Source of the DNA: an uncultured Alphaproteobacteria bacterium
GTDB taxonomy: Bacteria > Pseudomonadota > Alphaproteobacteria > Acetobacterales > Acetobacteraceae
Direction of reading: 5' to 3'
Assembly (NCBI GenBank): GCA_963696195.1
Contig: OY968826.1
Span: forward strand, 2,829,101-2,893,100
DNA: 64,000 nucleotides
Made by a program: the position numbers and the translations under genes. Under the pieces are notes generated by a model. The model was not told the DNA's origin, searched no databases, and saw only the letters and a list, made by a program, of their open reading frames with translations. Below are positions 31,526 to 41,033 of the stretch, piece by piece (the first letter of the stretch is position 1; every line of letters starts with the position of its first letter).

Positions 31526-32596
31526 TCACCAGACCAGGATCTTCGCCACCCGCGCGCGGCGGATCACGTACAGTGTCCAGACCAGTTGCACCGCCAGCGG
31601 CAGCAGCAAAAACGGCGGTTTCCACACCGGCGGCAGATTCAGGAACACCAGCGCGCATACGCCGCCCAGCACGGTGAATGCCCAGTGCAGCAGCGCCACA
31701 TTGCGCGCATCCATCCCGGCGCGGCGCACGACCTGGTACAAATGCCCGTTATGCGCCTGGGCGATATTCTCCCCGGCGGCTAAGCGGCGGACCAGGGTGA
31801 AGCTGACATCATACAGCACGCCCGAGAGCAGCAGCGGCACCAGCAGGAAGGATAGCGGCGCGCCTTCGAACCGAGTCGCGGCGATGCCGAACAGCGCCAG
31901 CATGAAGCCGCAGAACTGGCTGCCGACATCGCCCATGAAGATTTTCGCGGATGGGAAGTTGAACGGCAAAAACCCCAGCACGCCGCCGGCCAGCAGCAGC
32001 GAGGCGGTGTAGACGAAAAACCCGCCATAGCTGCCGGCGATGCCCGCCAGGAACAGGCACGCGAGCAGCGTCACCCCGGCGGCCAGCCCGTTCAGCCCGT
32101 CGATGAAGTTCATCGCATTGGTGACGAACAACAGAAAAAAAATGGTCAGCGGCAGGCCGATCCAGCCGATGTCAACAGTTCCGTAATACGGCAGCGCGAC
32201 AACATGCATCCACAGCCCGCAGGCCACGGCGGCCAGTGCCGCGACCAACTGGGTGGCGAGTTTTATCAGGAAGGAAAGGTCGAGCAGGTCATCGAGCAGG
32301 GAAATCGCGGCCATGAGGAAGGCGGCGGCGATGACACCGAGGAAATACCCCTCGGCAAGGCGCGAGACCTGGCCGTAGCGGTGCAGCAGCAGCACGCCGA
32401 GCATGAAGGCCGCGACAATGCCCACCCCGCCGGATTTGGGTGTTACGCGGCTGTGCGCCTTGCGCGCGTCGGGCCGGTCCGGCACGCCGATGGCGATCAT
32501 TATCCGCACGATGATGCCTGAGAAAATGGCCAGTCCGGCCATAAGGGCGAGGTGCCGGGGGAGTGCGAGCAGGCCAAGGGAGATTGCGGGGTTCAT
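31526..32596 (-). CDS. MraY/WecA-family undecaprenyl-phosphate sugar-1-phosphate transferase
   Basis: RKAHSRVTPKSGG, LLDD, NAMNFIDGLNG, IFMGDVGS, AHNGHLYQ. Confidence 0.9.
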   Translation of the reverse strand: MNPAISLGLLALPRHLALMAGLAIFSGIIVRIMIAIGVPDRPDARKAHSRVTPKSGGVGIVAAFMLGVLLLHRYGQVSRLAEGYFLGVIAAAFLMAAISLLDDLLDLSFLIKLATQLVAALAAVACGLWMHVVALPYYGTVDIGWIGLPLTIFFLLFVTNAMNFIDGLNGLAAGVTLLACLFLAGIAGSYGGFFVYTASLLLAGGVLGFLPFNFPSAKIFMGDVGSQFCGFMLALFGIAATRFEGAPLSFLLVPLLLSGVLYDVSFTLVRRLAAGENIAQAHNGHLYQVVRRAGMDARNVALLHWAFTVLGGVCALVFLNLPPVWKPPFLLLPLAVQLVWTLYVIRRARVAKILVW

Positions 32597-32739
32597 CTGG
32601 CGTGGACCATGGCTGAAAGTGCTGCAAATTTGAAGATGCGGGGAGGAATTGATGACAAGCCCTGGCGGCCGGGGCTTGTCTGCGGCATACGGCCAAGCCA
32701 GAACCACTGCGCGGGATTCGTACTGCTGGAGGCACGGGC

Positions 32740-34089
32740 GTGAAGATTGCGATCATTGGCGGCGGCTATGTTGGCTTGGTGTCGGGCGCTTGTTTTGCGG
32801 AGTTCGGCGTCTCGGTCGCGGTGGTGGAAGCCGACGAGACCAAGCGGCGCATGCTGCTGGAGGGCAAAATCCCCATCTACGAGCCAGGGCTGGACCGGCT
32901 GGTGGCGGAAAATGCCACGGCGGGGCGGCTGACTTTTCCCGCCACCCTGGAGGAAGGCATTGCCGAGGCAGAGGCTATTTTTATTGCCGTCGGCACCCCA
33001 ACCCGCCGCGGCGACGGCCATGCTGATCTCACCTATGTATTCGCCGCCGTGGAACAGGTGCTGATGGCGCTGGACCATCCGGCGGTCATCGTCACCAAAT
33101 CCACCGTGCCGGTTGGCACCGGGCGTAAAATCGCCGCCATGGCGCAAAAACTGCGGCCGGACCTGGGCATCGAAGTGGCCGCGAACCCGGAGTTTCTGCG
33201 CGAGGGCAGTGCCATCACCGACTTCATGCGGCCGGACCGCGTGGTGGTGGGGGCGGAGAGCGAACACGCGCGCGAGGTGCTGCGCCGGCTGTACCGGCCG
33301 CTTTATCTCATTGAGGCGCCGATCGTCTTTACCGGGCTGGAGACCGCCGAGCTGATTAAATATGCCGCCAACGGGTTTCTCGCGATGAAGATCACCTTCA
33401 TCAATGAAATGGCTGATTTGTGCGAAAAACTTGGTGCGGATATTCAGGACGTCGCGCGCGGCATTGGCCTGGACGGGCGCATCGGCCGCAAATTCCTGCA
33501 CGCCGGGCCGGGGTTTGGCGGTTCGTGCTTCCCGAAAGATACGTTGGCGCTGATGCGCATTGCCGAGGAAGCCGGGGCGCCGAGCCGGCTGATCCAGTCG
33601 GTGGTGAGCGTGAACGACGCGCGCAAGGAGTCCATGGCGGCGCGGGTGGTGGCGGCTTGCGGCGGCAGTGTGCGGGGCCTGCGCATCGCCGTGCTCGGCC
33701 TGGCCTTCAAGCCGGAGACCGACGACATGCGCGAGGCGCCCTCGCTGCCGCTGATCCAGGGGCTGGTTTCGCGCGGCGCCGCCGTCACGGCCTTCGATCC
33801 CGAGGCGATGCAAGGGGCGAAAGCCTTGCTGCCTGGCAGTGTCAGCTTCGCCAAGGATGCCGTCGAGGCCCTGAGCGGCGCCGATGCGCTGGTGCTGGTT
33901 ACCGAATGGAACGAATTCCGCGCCCTGGCGCCGGTAAAATTAAAGCAGTTGATGCGCGGCAATGTCGTGGTCGACCTGCGCAATGTGTTTGACCCCAAAG
34001 CCCTGCGCGAGGCGGGATTTGCCTACCATGGCATTGGTCGGGCAAAACAGGATTATGCCGCCCCTACAACCGTCAGTTCTCAAGGATAG
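32740..34089 (+). CDS. ugd: UDP-glucose 6-dehydrogenase
   Basis: GGGYVG, KSTVPVG, NPEFLREG, GFGGSCFPKD. Confidence 0.95.
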   Translation: MKIAIIGGGYVGLVSGACFAEFGVSVAVVEADETKRRMLLEGKIPIYEPGLDRLVAENATAGRLTFPATLEEGIAEAEAIFIAVGTPTRRGDGHADLTYVFAAVEQVLMALDHPAVIVTKSTVPVGTGRKIAAMAQKLRPDLGIEVAANPEFLREGSAITDFMRPDRVVVGAESEHAREVLRRLYRPLYLIEAPIVFTGLETAELIKYAANGFLAMKITFINEMADLCEKLGADIQDVARGIGLDGRIGRKFLHAGPGFGGSCFPKDTLALMRIAEEAGAPSRLIQSVVSVNDARKESMAARVVAACGGSVRGLRIAVLGLAFKPETDDMREAPSLPLIQGLVSRGAAVTAFDPEAMQGAKALLPGSVSFAKDAVEALSGADALVLVTEWNEFRALAPVKLKQLMRGNVVVDLRNVFDPKALREAGFAYHGIGRAKQDYAAPTTVSSQG

Positions 34090-34095
34090 CGCCAA

Positions 34096-35796
34096 TTGAC
34101 CGCTGCTCACACGCATTATCCAGATTTCGCCAATCCCGAACTGCTTGAAAAAATTCCGCTTTCGGCCCGTACAATTCTCGACGTTGGCTGCGCTCAAGGC
34201 GCGCTGGGCGCGGATTACCTGCGCCGCAATCCCAGTGCGCGGGTGCTCGGCATTGATGTCGATGATGAGGCGATTACCCACGCCAGGGAACGGATATCGG
34301 AGGTGTTCTGCGGCGATGTCGAGAAGACGCCGATGCCCTTCAACGTGCCGGAAGGGATCGACTGTATTATTTACGGCGATGTGCTGGAGCATCTCGTCGA
34401 CCCCTGGGCGCTGCTGGCCGAACACGCCAAATACCTGTCGCCGCAGGGCACCGTGCTGGTCTGCATGCCCAATGTGGAACACTGGTCCTTTGCCGCCAAG
34501 CTGCTGACCGGGAGTTTCGACTACGACGAGCAAGGGCTGTTCGACCACACGCATTTGCGCTGGTTCACGCCGCGCATGATGGGCAATGCCCTGGCGGACG
34601 CCGGGCTGGAACTCTCCGATGTCGCGCCCCGTCCGATTGCGCGTGAGCAGGCGGAGCAGTTCATCACCCTGTTGGCCCCGGGGTTGCAGGCAATAGGCGT
34701 CAACCCGGCGGAATATCTCAACCGCGCGGTGCCGCTGCAATTCATCTGGCGCGCCCGTAAATCCTCGCCGGAGCGGCTGGAGCTGAACGCCACCATGCTG
34801 ACGCCGCAGGGCGGGGTGAGCGATGTGCGCGTAATCGAGCCGATTCGCGCCCTGCGCACCGACAGCGCGTTGCTGGGCTTGATCGCCAGCGAGGTGGACC
34901 TCGACCCCCGTTTGCAGGATTCGCCGCGTATCGCCGTGCTGCACCGGCCGCTGCTGCTGGGCGACTCCGGCCTGGCGCGGCTGCGCACCCTGCTGGACAA
35001 GGGCTATGTGGTGGTGAGCGAGTTCGACGACCATCCGCAGTTCATGGAAGACCGTGGCGTGAACCTGGATGAGCTGCTGACGTTCCGCGGCGTGCATGCG
35101 ATTCAGACCAGCACCGAGGCGCTGGCGGATGCCCTGCGGCCGCAGAACCCGGAAATTCGCGTGTTCCGGAACGGCATTTTCTCGCTGCCGCTGGTCAATA
35201 ATTTTCAAGCCCCTGAACGCCTGACGCTGTTTTTCGGCGCGCTCAACCGCGGGGCGGACTGGGCGCCGCTGATGCCGGTGCTCAACGAGGTGGCGCGTGC
35301 CGTTGGCGGCCGCCTGCATTTCCATGTCCTGCTCGATGAGAATTTCTACAACGCGCTGGACACGCCGCATAAGCGCTTCGACCCGATGGCCGATTACGCG
35401 ACCTATATGCGCATGCTGGGCGAGGCGGATATCGCCTTCATGCCGCTGGGCGACACGCCATTCAACCGGGCCAAATCGGACCTCAAATTCATTGAGGCCG
35501 GGGCGGCGCGCGTGGCGGCGCTGGCCAGCAACGTGGTTTATGCCGGCACCATCCAGGACGGCAAAACCGGCGTGCTGTTCAGCAATCCGGGGGAGTTGCG
35601 CGCGTGCCTGCTGCGGCTGCTTGCCTACCCGGAAGCGACGCGCAAAATGGCCGACGCGGCGCGCGCCTATGTCGCCGGGGAACGGATGCTGGCGTACCAG
35701 GTGGAAGCCCGCACGCAATGGTACCGCGGCCTGTGGGAGCGCCGCGCGGAACTGACCGAGGCCCTTAAAGCGCGGGTGCCGGAACTCTTTGCCTGA
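34096..35796 (+). CDS. SAM-methyltransferase fused to GT-B (GT4-like) glycosyltransferase
   Basis: ILDVGCAQGALG, DVLEHLVDP, DHTHLRWFT; C-terminal PLGDTPFNRAKSDLKFIE. Confidence 0.82.
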   Translation: MTAAHTHYPDFANPELLEKIPLSARTILDVGCAQGALGADYLRRNPSARVLGIDVDDEAITHARERISEVFCGDVEKTPMPFNVPEGIDCIIYGDVLEHLVDPWALLAEHAKYLSPQGTVLVCMPNVEHWSFAAKLLTGSFDYDEQGLFDHTHLRWFTPRMMGNALADAGLELSDVAPRPIAREQAEQFITLLAPGLQAIGVNPAEYLNRAVPLQFIWRARKSSPERLELNATMLTPQGGVSDVRVIEPIRALRTDSALLGLIASEVDLDPRLQDSPRIAVLHRPLLLGDSGLARLRTLLDKGYVVVSEFDDHPQFMEDRGVNLDELLTFRGVHAIQTSTEALADALRPQNPEIRVFRNGIFSLPLVNNFQAPERLTLFFGALNRGADWAPLMPVLNEVARAVGGRLHFHVLLDENFYNALDTPHKRFDPMADYATYMRMLGEADIAFMPLGDTPFNRAKSDLKFIEAGAARVAALASNVVYAGTIQDGKTGVLFSNPGELRACLLRLLAYPEATRKMADAARAYVAGERMLAYQVEARTQWYRGLWERRAELTEALKARVPELFA

Positions 35797-38243
35797 TGCC
35801 AGCAGCAGCCCGCAAAATACGGATTGCCGAGCATATTGAGGTTGACTGGCTGGACCCGCGCACCGCGCCCGCAGTGTGCCCCAACTGCGGCGCCAGCGTG
35901 CAGGCTGAGCAGATTCTCGACATCGACTACCGCCCGCCGAAAGCGATGCACCGCTTTATCTTACAAATCTGTCCGGCATGCACGGCGCGCTTCGTCGATA
36001 ACATGCACACCATGGACTACAGCACCGATGAGCTGATCGAGATCGGCTGGAACGTGTATCAGGTGCAGCTGGGGGCCGGGGTATGGCCGATTTCAGCGCC
36101 GTTAACGCGGGTGGAAAAGCCGCCCGGCGCGAGGGTGCTGGAGATTGGCGGCGCGTATGGTTTCGGCCTGGATTTCTGCATCCGCGCGCGCGGCTGGCAG
36201 GGGGTGGGGTACGATCCCTCGCCGCTGGCCGCCTTTGGCGCGCGCGAGCTGGGGCTGGATATCAAACAGGCCTATTTCACCGATGCGGAGTTGACCTGCG
36301 GCCCGTGGGATGTGGCGATCGCCACCGAGGTGCTGGAGCATTTGGAGCATCCGCCGGAATTTTTGGCGCTAATGCGCAAGGCGATGACGGACGGCGGCAT
36401 ACTGGTGCTCACCACGCCGGACGCTGAACACATTACCCCCGCGCTGGATGCCGGGTCGCTGATGCCGCTGCTCTCACCGGGCGCGCATCTGGTGTTGCAG
36501 ACCGCCGCCAGCCTGGAGCTGGCGCTGCGCGCCGCCGGGTTCGCGCATGTGGTGGTGCTGCGCGGTTCGCTCTCGCTGGTGGCCTATGCCTCCCCGGCGC
36601 CGTTTACACTGATTGAGGATACCGCCGCCGGGCGGGCGATGTACCGGCATTATCTGGTGGAGCGGAGCAAGATCACCGCGCCGGGGAGCGATCTGTGCTT
36701 TGGTTTTGCCGGGCGCGGCCTGTTCGAGGCGGCGAATGACGGTGACGCCAAGGCGGTGGAAGCGGCCTGGAACGTGCTGCTGCCGGCGGCCAAACAGCGT
36801 TTCGGGCTGGATCTGGCCGCCATGCGGGAGTTGCCCGCCGGGGCGCAAGCCGCCAGCCTGGCGGAGCTGGCGCGGTTGATGCCGCTGGGGCTGGGTATGA
36901 TTTTATTCGGCCGGATCAATTACCTGCTCGGCCTGGGCACCAGCCGCGCGCAACTGCTGCCGCTGCTGCGCCTGGCGGGTGAGGCGGTGAACGCTTTGCA
37001 GGCCGCGCTGGCGAAACGCTCGCTGACGGATGGGTTGTCGGCCAGCATCGGCAACATCGTCGAGGGCGAGATACTGCTGTGCCAGGCGGAGGCGGGCGAT
37101 GCGGCCAGCGTCGCGGGGCTGATCGCGCGCGGCAACGTGGTTGACGGCTGGCGCGGCTTTGTCGCGCTGGTGAATGCGGATGCTTTGGAACTGGCGCGGG
37201 AATTGAAGGAAGCCATGCTGGCGGACATGCCGGATAAAACGCTGCCCGCTGACCTGCGCCGCAACGCGTTGTTGAGTCTGGCGAATTTCACACTGACGCC
37301 GGGTGGCGAGACGCTGCGGGCACTGGATTACGCGCGCGCGCTTGAGCAACTTGGCACGCCGGAAGCGGGAGTTATTCTGGCTGCTTTCACGCGCCTGGTA
37401 AACGATGCGCGCTATGATGAGGCCGAGGCGCTGGCCAATGCGGAGGTATGTTTTGCTCACCTCGACGCGACACCGGGAAAGGCGGCGCAAGATGCCAGGA
37501 TCGCCGCCGTGCTGCTGGATTTTGCGCGCGGCAGGACGGAGCTGGCGATCGGCCGGATCGCCTCGCTGGAGCAGGACGGCGGGGATCTCGCGGTTCTGGC
37601 CAAACTATATGTCGACGGCTTTGTGCGTCTGGTGAACCAACAAAAATTCGCTGCCGCATGGGAGTTTTCGCAAGGCCGGGCCGTGGAGCGCCGGCTGGCC
37701 GGTTGTCCGCTGGCGTTGCGGCATGATGCGCTGGCGGCGCTGCTGATGCTGGAACTACGGCCGGGCGGCAGTGCGGCGCGCATACCGCAAAGGCTGGAAG
37801 AGGCGATGCAGGGTGGGTTGGGTGCGGAGCGCGTGCAGGTACTTGCCCTGGTCGCCTTCGTGACCCTGGTGAACGCGGCGGATTTTGCCACGGCGCGGCT
37901 GCTGCTGCATATGGTGGAGCCGGTGCTGCTGAAACTGTGCCCGCCCCATGACGAGACTTCGCGCAATGCGCTGTTCGCGGCAGGTGTGCTGTACTTACAG
38001 GAGCGCGACGACTGGCGCCGTAGTGCTGCCACGTTTGCCCGGCTGCGCGACGGGCTGGTAAAAATGACGCCAGCGGGCAGCGAGCCCGATCCGCTGTTCT
38101 GGCCGGCGCTGCGTGGCGAGTTGGTGGCACTGAACCATTTGAAGCGTGGCGAGGATGCGGCGGCTCTGCTGACCGCCTTTGCCGGCTATTACCCCGGTGC
38201 CCCCGATGATCTGTTGCAACAGATGGAAAGCCTGAAAGCATGA
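35796..38243 (+). CDS. Zn-ribbon + class I SAM-methyltransferase with long helical C-terminal extension
   Basis: CPNC..CPAC, VLEIGGAYGFG, EVLEHL, LVLTTPD; ~560 aa Ala/Leu-rich remainder unassigned. Confidence 0.72.
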   Translation: MPAAARKIRIAEHIEVDWLDPRTAPAVCPNCGASVQAEQILDIDYRPPKAMHRFILQICPACTARFVDNMHTMDYSTDELIEIGWNVYQVQLGAGVWPISAPLTRVEKPPGARVLEIGGAYGFGLDFCIRARGWQGVGYDPSPLAAFGARELGLDIKQAYFTDAELTCGPWDVAIATEVLEHLEHPPEFLALMRKAMTDGGILVLTTPDAEHITPALDAGSLMPLLSPGAHLVLQTAASLELALRAAGFAHVVVLRGSLSLVAYASPAPFTLIEDTAAGRAMYRHYLVERSKITAPGSDLCFGFAGRGLFEAANDGDAKAVEAAWNVLLPAAKQRFGLDLAAMRELPAGAQAASLAELARLMPLGLGMILFGRINYLLGLGTSRAQLLPLLRLAGEAVNALQAALAKRSLTDGLSASIGNIVEGEILLCQAEAGDAASVAGLIARGNVVDGWRGFVALVNADALELARELKEAMLADMPDKTLPADLRRNALLSLANFTLTPGGETLRALDYARALEQLGTPEAGVILAAFTRLVNDARYDEAEALANAEVCFAHLDATPGKAAQDARIAAVLLDFARGRTELAIGRIASLEQDGGDLAVLAKLYVDGFVRLVNQQKFAAAWEFSQGRAVERRLAGCPLALRHDALAALLMLELRPGGSAARIPQRLEEAMQGGLGAERVQVLALVAFVTLVNAADFATARLLLHMVEPVLLKLCPPHDETSRNALFAAGVLYLQERDDWRRSAATFARLRDGLVKMTPAGSEPDPLFWPALRGELVALNHLKRGEDAAALLTAFAGYYPGAPDDLLQQMESLKA

Positions 38244-39289
38244 GACATGCTCTGATTGAAAAAATCCGCCGGTTGCTGTTCCTGGCAAAATGGTGGCTGT
38301 GGATTCCCTTGGCCCGCGTTGTCGGGCAGCTCCGCAGCACGCGGCAGATCGTGCGCGTCTGGCCGGAGGGCAAGATCGAACTGGGGCCGCAGGTCGTGCT
38401 GTTCATGCATTTCGATGGCCGTGGCCTGGTCCGCCCGCAGTTGCTCGACTACATGCGCGAGCTGAAGGACAATGGCCGCAGCGTCGTGTTTGTGAGCAAC
38501 GCGCGCCGGTTGAAGCCCTTGGCCATGGCGGCCTTGCAGGAGGTTTGCGCGGCGGTGATCGTGCGCAAAAACATCGGCTACGATTTTGGCGCCTGGCGCG
38601 ATGCGGTTGATTTTCTCGAACTGCCGCGCGCGGAAACGCAAGAAGTGATTCTGGCCAACGACAGCGTATTCGGCCCGTTGCTGCCGCTGGGCGATACGCT
38701 GCGCCGGTTGAACTATGCGAAAGCCGATGTCTGGGGCCTGACGGAAAGCTGGCAGTTGCGCTACCATCTGCAATCTTTTTTCCTGGCGTTTGGCCCGGCG
38801 GCGTTGCGCGCCGAGGCGTGGGGCAAATTCTGGAAGAGCGTGCGCCCGGTACCGGTGAAATCCTACATCGTGCATACCTACGAAGTGGGCGTGACACAGG
38901 CGATGGTGAAAGGCGGGCTGCGTTGCGCCGCCGTATGGCCGTATGAAAACCTGATCAAACTGGTGAACCGCGCGGAGCTGGCCAAGCTGCTGGAGGACGA
39001 GGAGACCGAACTGGGCAAGGCCGACCCGATTGCGATTACGCGCAAAATGCAGGTCTTGCGCATTCGTGATGGCGTGGCGCGGCGTGTGGCGCTCAACCCG
39101 ACCTCGGATTTGTGGCGGCAGCTGCTGACCTCGGGTTTTCCGTTCATCAAGCGCGAATTGTTGCGCGATAATCCGACCAGGGTTGAGGATGTGGGCGACT
39201 GGATGGAGGTGGTGCGCGACATTCTGGCCGCTGATCCAGAGCCGATTCTTCAGGATCTGCGCACCATGCTGAAAGGCGGCGCGCCCTGA
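38240..39289 (+). CDS. Rhamnan synthesis protein F (RgpF) family
   Basis: RKNIGYDFGAW, ILANDSVFGP, DVWGLT, HLQSFFL, FPFIKRELL. Confidence 0.85.
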   Translation: MRHALIEKIRRLLFLAKWWLWIPLARVVGQLRSTRQIVRVWPEGKIELGPQVVLFMHFDGRGLVRPQLLDYMRELKDNGRSVVFVSNARRLKPLAMAALQEVCAAVIVRKNIGYDFGAWRDAVDFLELPRAETQEVILANDSVFGPLLPLGDTLRRLNYAKADVWGLTESWQLRYHLQSFFLAFGPAALRAEAWGKFWKSVRPVPVKSYIVHTYEVGVTQAMVKGGLRCAAVWPYENLIKLVNRAELAKLLEDEETELGKADPIAITRKMQVLRIRDGVARRVALNPTSDLWRQLLTSGFPFIKRELLRDNPTRVEDVGDWMEVVRDILAADPEPILQDLRTMLKGGAP

Positions 39290-39294
39290 TACGT

Positions 39295-40065
39295 TTGGTG
39301 CTGCGGCTGGTGGCGATCCTGCTGTGGACGCTGCTTTGCATGCCCATTCAGGCGGTGATGCTGGCGTTGCCGGGGCGTGGCAAGGAATGGTTCGCGCGCG
39401 TGTACTGGCGCGGCGTGGCGCTTGCGCTGGGGTTGCGGGTGCGGGTTTCCGGCACGCTTTCTCCGCACCGGCCGACCTTGTTTGTCGCCAATCATTGCTC
39501 CTGGATGGATGTGGTGGCGCTGGGCAGTGTGCTGCCGGGGTGTTTTGTCGCCAAGGTGGAAATCGGGGGGTGGCCGTTGATAAGCTGGGTGGCGCGGCTG
39601 GGGCGCACGGTGTTTGTCTCGCGCAACCGCACCAACGTGGCGCGGGAGCAGGGCGGCCTAGCGGCGCGGCTGGACGCGGGGGATAATATTATTTTGTTCC
39701 CGGAAGGCACGACCTCCGACGGCAACCGGATTTTGCCGTTTGCCTCTTCGTTTTTTGTGGTGGCGGATGCGGACGCCAGACCCTATGTGCAGCCGGTGAC
39801 GATTGTGTACGACGGGTTGGACGGGCTGCCGGTATTGCGGGCAGACCGGCCGGAGATCGCCTGGTATGGCGACATGGAGATGGCCCCGCATTTTAGCCGG
39901 CTTGGCCGGCGGCGCAGCGTGCATGCGACGATATTGCTGGATGCGCCGATTGCGCCGGGGACTTTCCCGAATCGAAAAGTACTCGCGGCGGCGCTGGAAG
40001 CGCGGATTGCGCATAATGCCGCGGCATTGAGACAGGGACTTACGGGACAAGGACTTACGGTATGA
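39295..40065 (+). CDS. 1-acyl-sn-glycerol-3-phosphate / lyso-ornithine lipid acyltransferase (PlsC/OlsA family)
   Basis: NHCSWMD (HX4D), FVAK, FPEGTTSDG. Confidence 0.88.
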   Translation: MVLRLVAILLWTLLCMPIQAVMLALPGRGKEWFARVYWRGVALALGLRVRVSGTLSPHRPTLFVANHCSWMDVVALGSVLPGCFVAKVEIGGWPLISWVARLGRTVFVSRNRTNVAREQGGLAARLDAGDNIILFPEGTTSDGNRILPFASSFFVVADADARPYVQPVTIVYDGLDGLPVLRADRPEIAWYGDMEMAPHFSRLGRRRSVHATILLDAPIAPGTFPNRKVLAAALEARIAHNAAALRQGLTGQGLTV

Positions 40066-40841
40066 CGAACAAGGTAGCCGCGCTGTATCAGTTTTTGCGG
40101 CTGGAACACCCGCAGGCGGTGCGGGAAGAGTTTTTGGCGGCCTGCGCTGATTTAAGGATTTTTGGCACCATTTTGGTCAGCCCGGAGGGGATTAACGGCA
40201 CCATCGCCGGGGCGCCGGAGGCGATTGATGCGTTTGTCGGGAAGCTGCGCGTGGCGACCGGTGACCGCCCGGCGTTCGAGCGGCTGGAGGTAAAATTTTC
40301 CACGGCTGGGGCGGCGCATTTTGACCGGTTGAAGATTAAGCTGAAGCGCGAGGTTATTACATTTGGCCAATTGCTGGATGAGAGCACGAAGCTTGGCCAG
40401 TACGTGGCGCCGCGGGAATGGAACGCGCTGCTGGAAGACCCCGATGTGGTGCTGGTGGACACGCGCAACGGATTCGAAGTTGGTTACGGCACGTTCGAGG
40501 GGGCGATTGACCCTGGGCTGACCAGTTTTACCGGGTTCAAGGATTTTGTGCGCGAGCGGCTTGGCGATGCGAAGCTCAAGAAAATCGCGATGTTCTGCAC
40601 CGGCGGGATACGTTGCGAGAAGGCCAGCGCGTTTATGCTGGAGGCGGGATTTGAACAGGTTTTCCAGCTCCAGGGGGGGATTCTGCGCTATCTGGAGGAG
40701 GTTCCGGAGGCGGAAAGCAAGTGGCGGGGCGAGTGTTTTGTGTTCGACCAAAGGGTGGCGCTGGGGCATGGGCTGGCGATCAAGTCACCGGATGGTCACG
40801 CAAATTTTCTTGACACGGCGCGTGGAAACATAGCGGAGTAG
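40062..40841 (+). CDS. trhO: Oxygen-dependent tRNA U34 hydroxylase (rhodanese, UPF0176)
   Basis: GTILVSPEGINGT, LKIKLKREVIT, DTRN-FE, MFCTGGIRCEKAS, CFVFDQRV. Confidence 0.88.
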   Translation: MTNKVAALYQFLRLEHPQAVREEFLAACADLRIFGTILVSPEGINGTIAGAPEAIDAFVGKLRVATGDRPAFERLEVKFSTAGAAHFDRLKIKLKREVITFGQLLDESTKLGQYVAPREWNALLEDPDVVLVDTRNGFEVGYGTFEGAIDPGLTSFTGFKDFVRERLGDAKLKKIAMFCTGGIRCEKASAFMLEAGFEQVFQLQGGILRYLEEVPEAESKWRGECFVFDQRVALGHGLAIKSPDGHANFLDTARGNIAE

Positions 40842-41033
40842 CGGGACGCTCAGGAGGATTCTTAAGGAATTGACCTTGACCAGTTTGCCTTACACGCGCT
40901 TTTCCGTCCGGGAAAACCGGATGAGTTTTGAGCGCGACCTGCGGCCGCACTCAAACTTTTTGATCAGAGACCGATTCACGTTAAAGGCTGCGTCAGAAGC
41001 TGACGCAACCTTTAACGATCGGGCTCTAGACGT

